In this document: piece after piece, positions 25,121-25,305 of the stretch | Numbering within the stretch: the stretch's first letter is position 1 | How the letters are laid out: each line of letters begins with the position of its first letter | Assembly: GCA_034412795.1 (NCBI GenBank) | Contig: DAOUMD010000141.1 | Span: 1-25,305, forward strand | Direction: 5' to 3' | Source of the DNA: Anaerolineae bacterium | GTDB lineage: Bacteria; Chloroflexota; Anaerolineae; 4572-78; NAK82 | Length of the DNA: 25,305 nucleotides | Notes under the pieces: model-generated | The model's input: only the letters and a program-made list of their open reading frames with translations | What the model was told of the DNA's origin: nothing | Database searches by the model: none | Position numbers and translations under genes: made by a program

Positions 25121-25305
25121 ATGGTTCATTTTGCCAAGAGAACTGGTTGATAATTGGGCCTGCTTTGCCAGACACATGCGTAAAACGTAAGGCGTAAAGC
25201 GTAATGATTCTGGGCGAATGCGCATGGCAAATGTGCCTTCAAGTAATCCACCGAAATAAATTACACGGAGACGCGGGCTTCCAGGCTTCATAGCAACACC
25301 AGAAC
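25121..25305. repeat. Copy 2 of the structured repeat element. It is cut by the window end.
   Basis: 176/185 identical to 6297-6481, including the AGTAATCCACCGAAAT arm. Confidence 0.7.

Noticed and set aside
1-25305. tRNA, rRNA, integrase or transposase genes as markers of a mobile island.
   Set aside because: None was recognisable by eye: no cloverleaf-like GTTC/TTCGA arms in the intergenic regions, and no DDE or tyrosine-recombinase ORF. Island status therefore rests only on the repeats, the pseudogenes and the compositional shift.

Overview
This 25.3 kb window is high-GC (about 58-60% by eye) and looks Chloroflexi-like, with AT-richer islands. The first 12.7 kb is mostly housekeeping or accessory metabolism:
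- a frameshifted and truncated LacI-family regulator remnant (260-570);
- a sugar ABC importer (lipoprotein SBP 743-2326; permeases 2462-3634 and 3639-4670) with intercistronic stem-loops;
- a DUF4432/aldose-epimerase-like gene (5180-6289);
- an internally deleted amidohydrolase remnant;
- a minus-strand TetR, small His-rich membrane protein and 2[4Fe-4S] ferredoxin operon;
- a DeoR regulator followed by a fused E1 alpha-beta 2-oxoacid dehydrogenase (9224-11314) and an E2 acyltransferase (11314-12690), ending in a clear intrinsic terminator.

The second half holds the most unusual content. Two divergent SPFH/band-7 paralogs with polytopic N-terminal membrane domains face each other (13193-14950 on + and 24570-22984 on -) and bracket about 8 kb. 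That segment contains an AT-rich, probably horizontally acquired block and a GC-normal pair of membrane proteins:
- 15130-17346: a 738-aa protein with a TPR-like N-domain and two tandem LexA-like S24 peptidase domains, each with its own Ala-Gly self-cleavage motif;
- 17350-18627: a CHAT (caspase-like) protease with a recognisable His/Cys dyad;
- 18826-19149: a small protein behind a strong RBS;
- 19776-20858 and 20921-21928: two tandem paralogous zinc-ribbon multi-TM proteins sharing a conserved C-terminal W.V.D+WGR motif;
- about 21930-22860: an AT-rich mini-module with two near-consensus promoters, a hydrophobic micro-ORF, an 85-aa ORF and a strong terminator.

I regard this SPFH / S24x2 / CHAT / Zn-ribbon ensemble as a candidate undescribed membrane-associated proteolytic signalling or defence (abortive-infection-like) system.

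In addition, a roughly 240-bp highly structured repeat (nested inverted repeats) occurs at 6297-6535 and again, about 95% identical, at 25121 to the window end, bracketing 18.6 kb. A family of CCTTCCCGGAA palindromic hairpins recurs after genes. No tRNA, rRNA or CRISPR arrays were seen. All calls are by eye from sequence and motif memory. No database searches were run.
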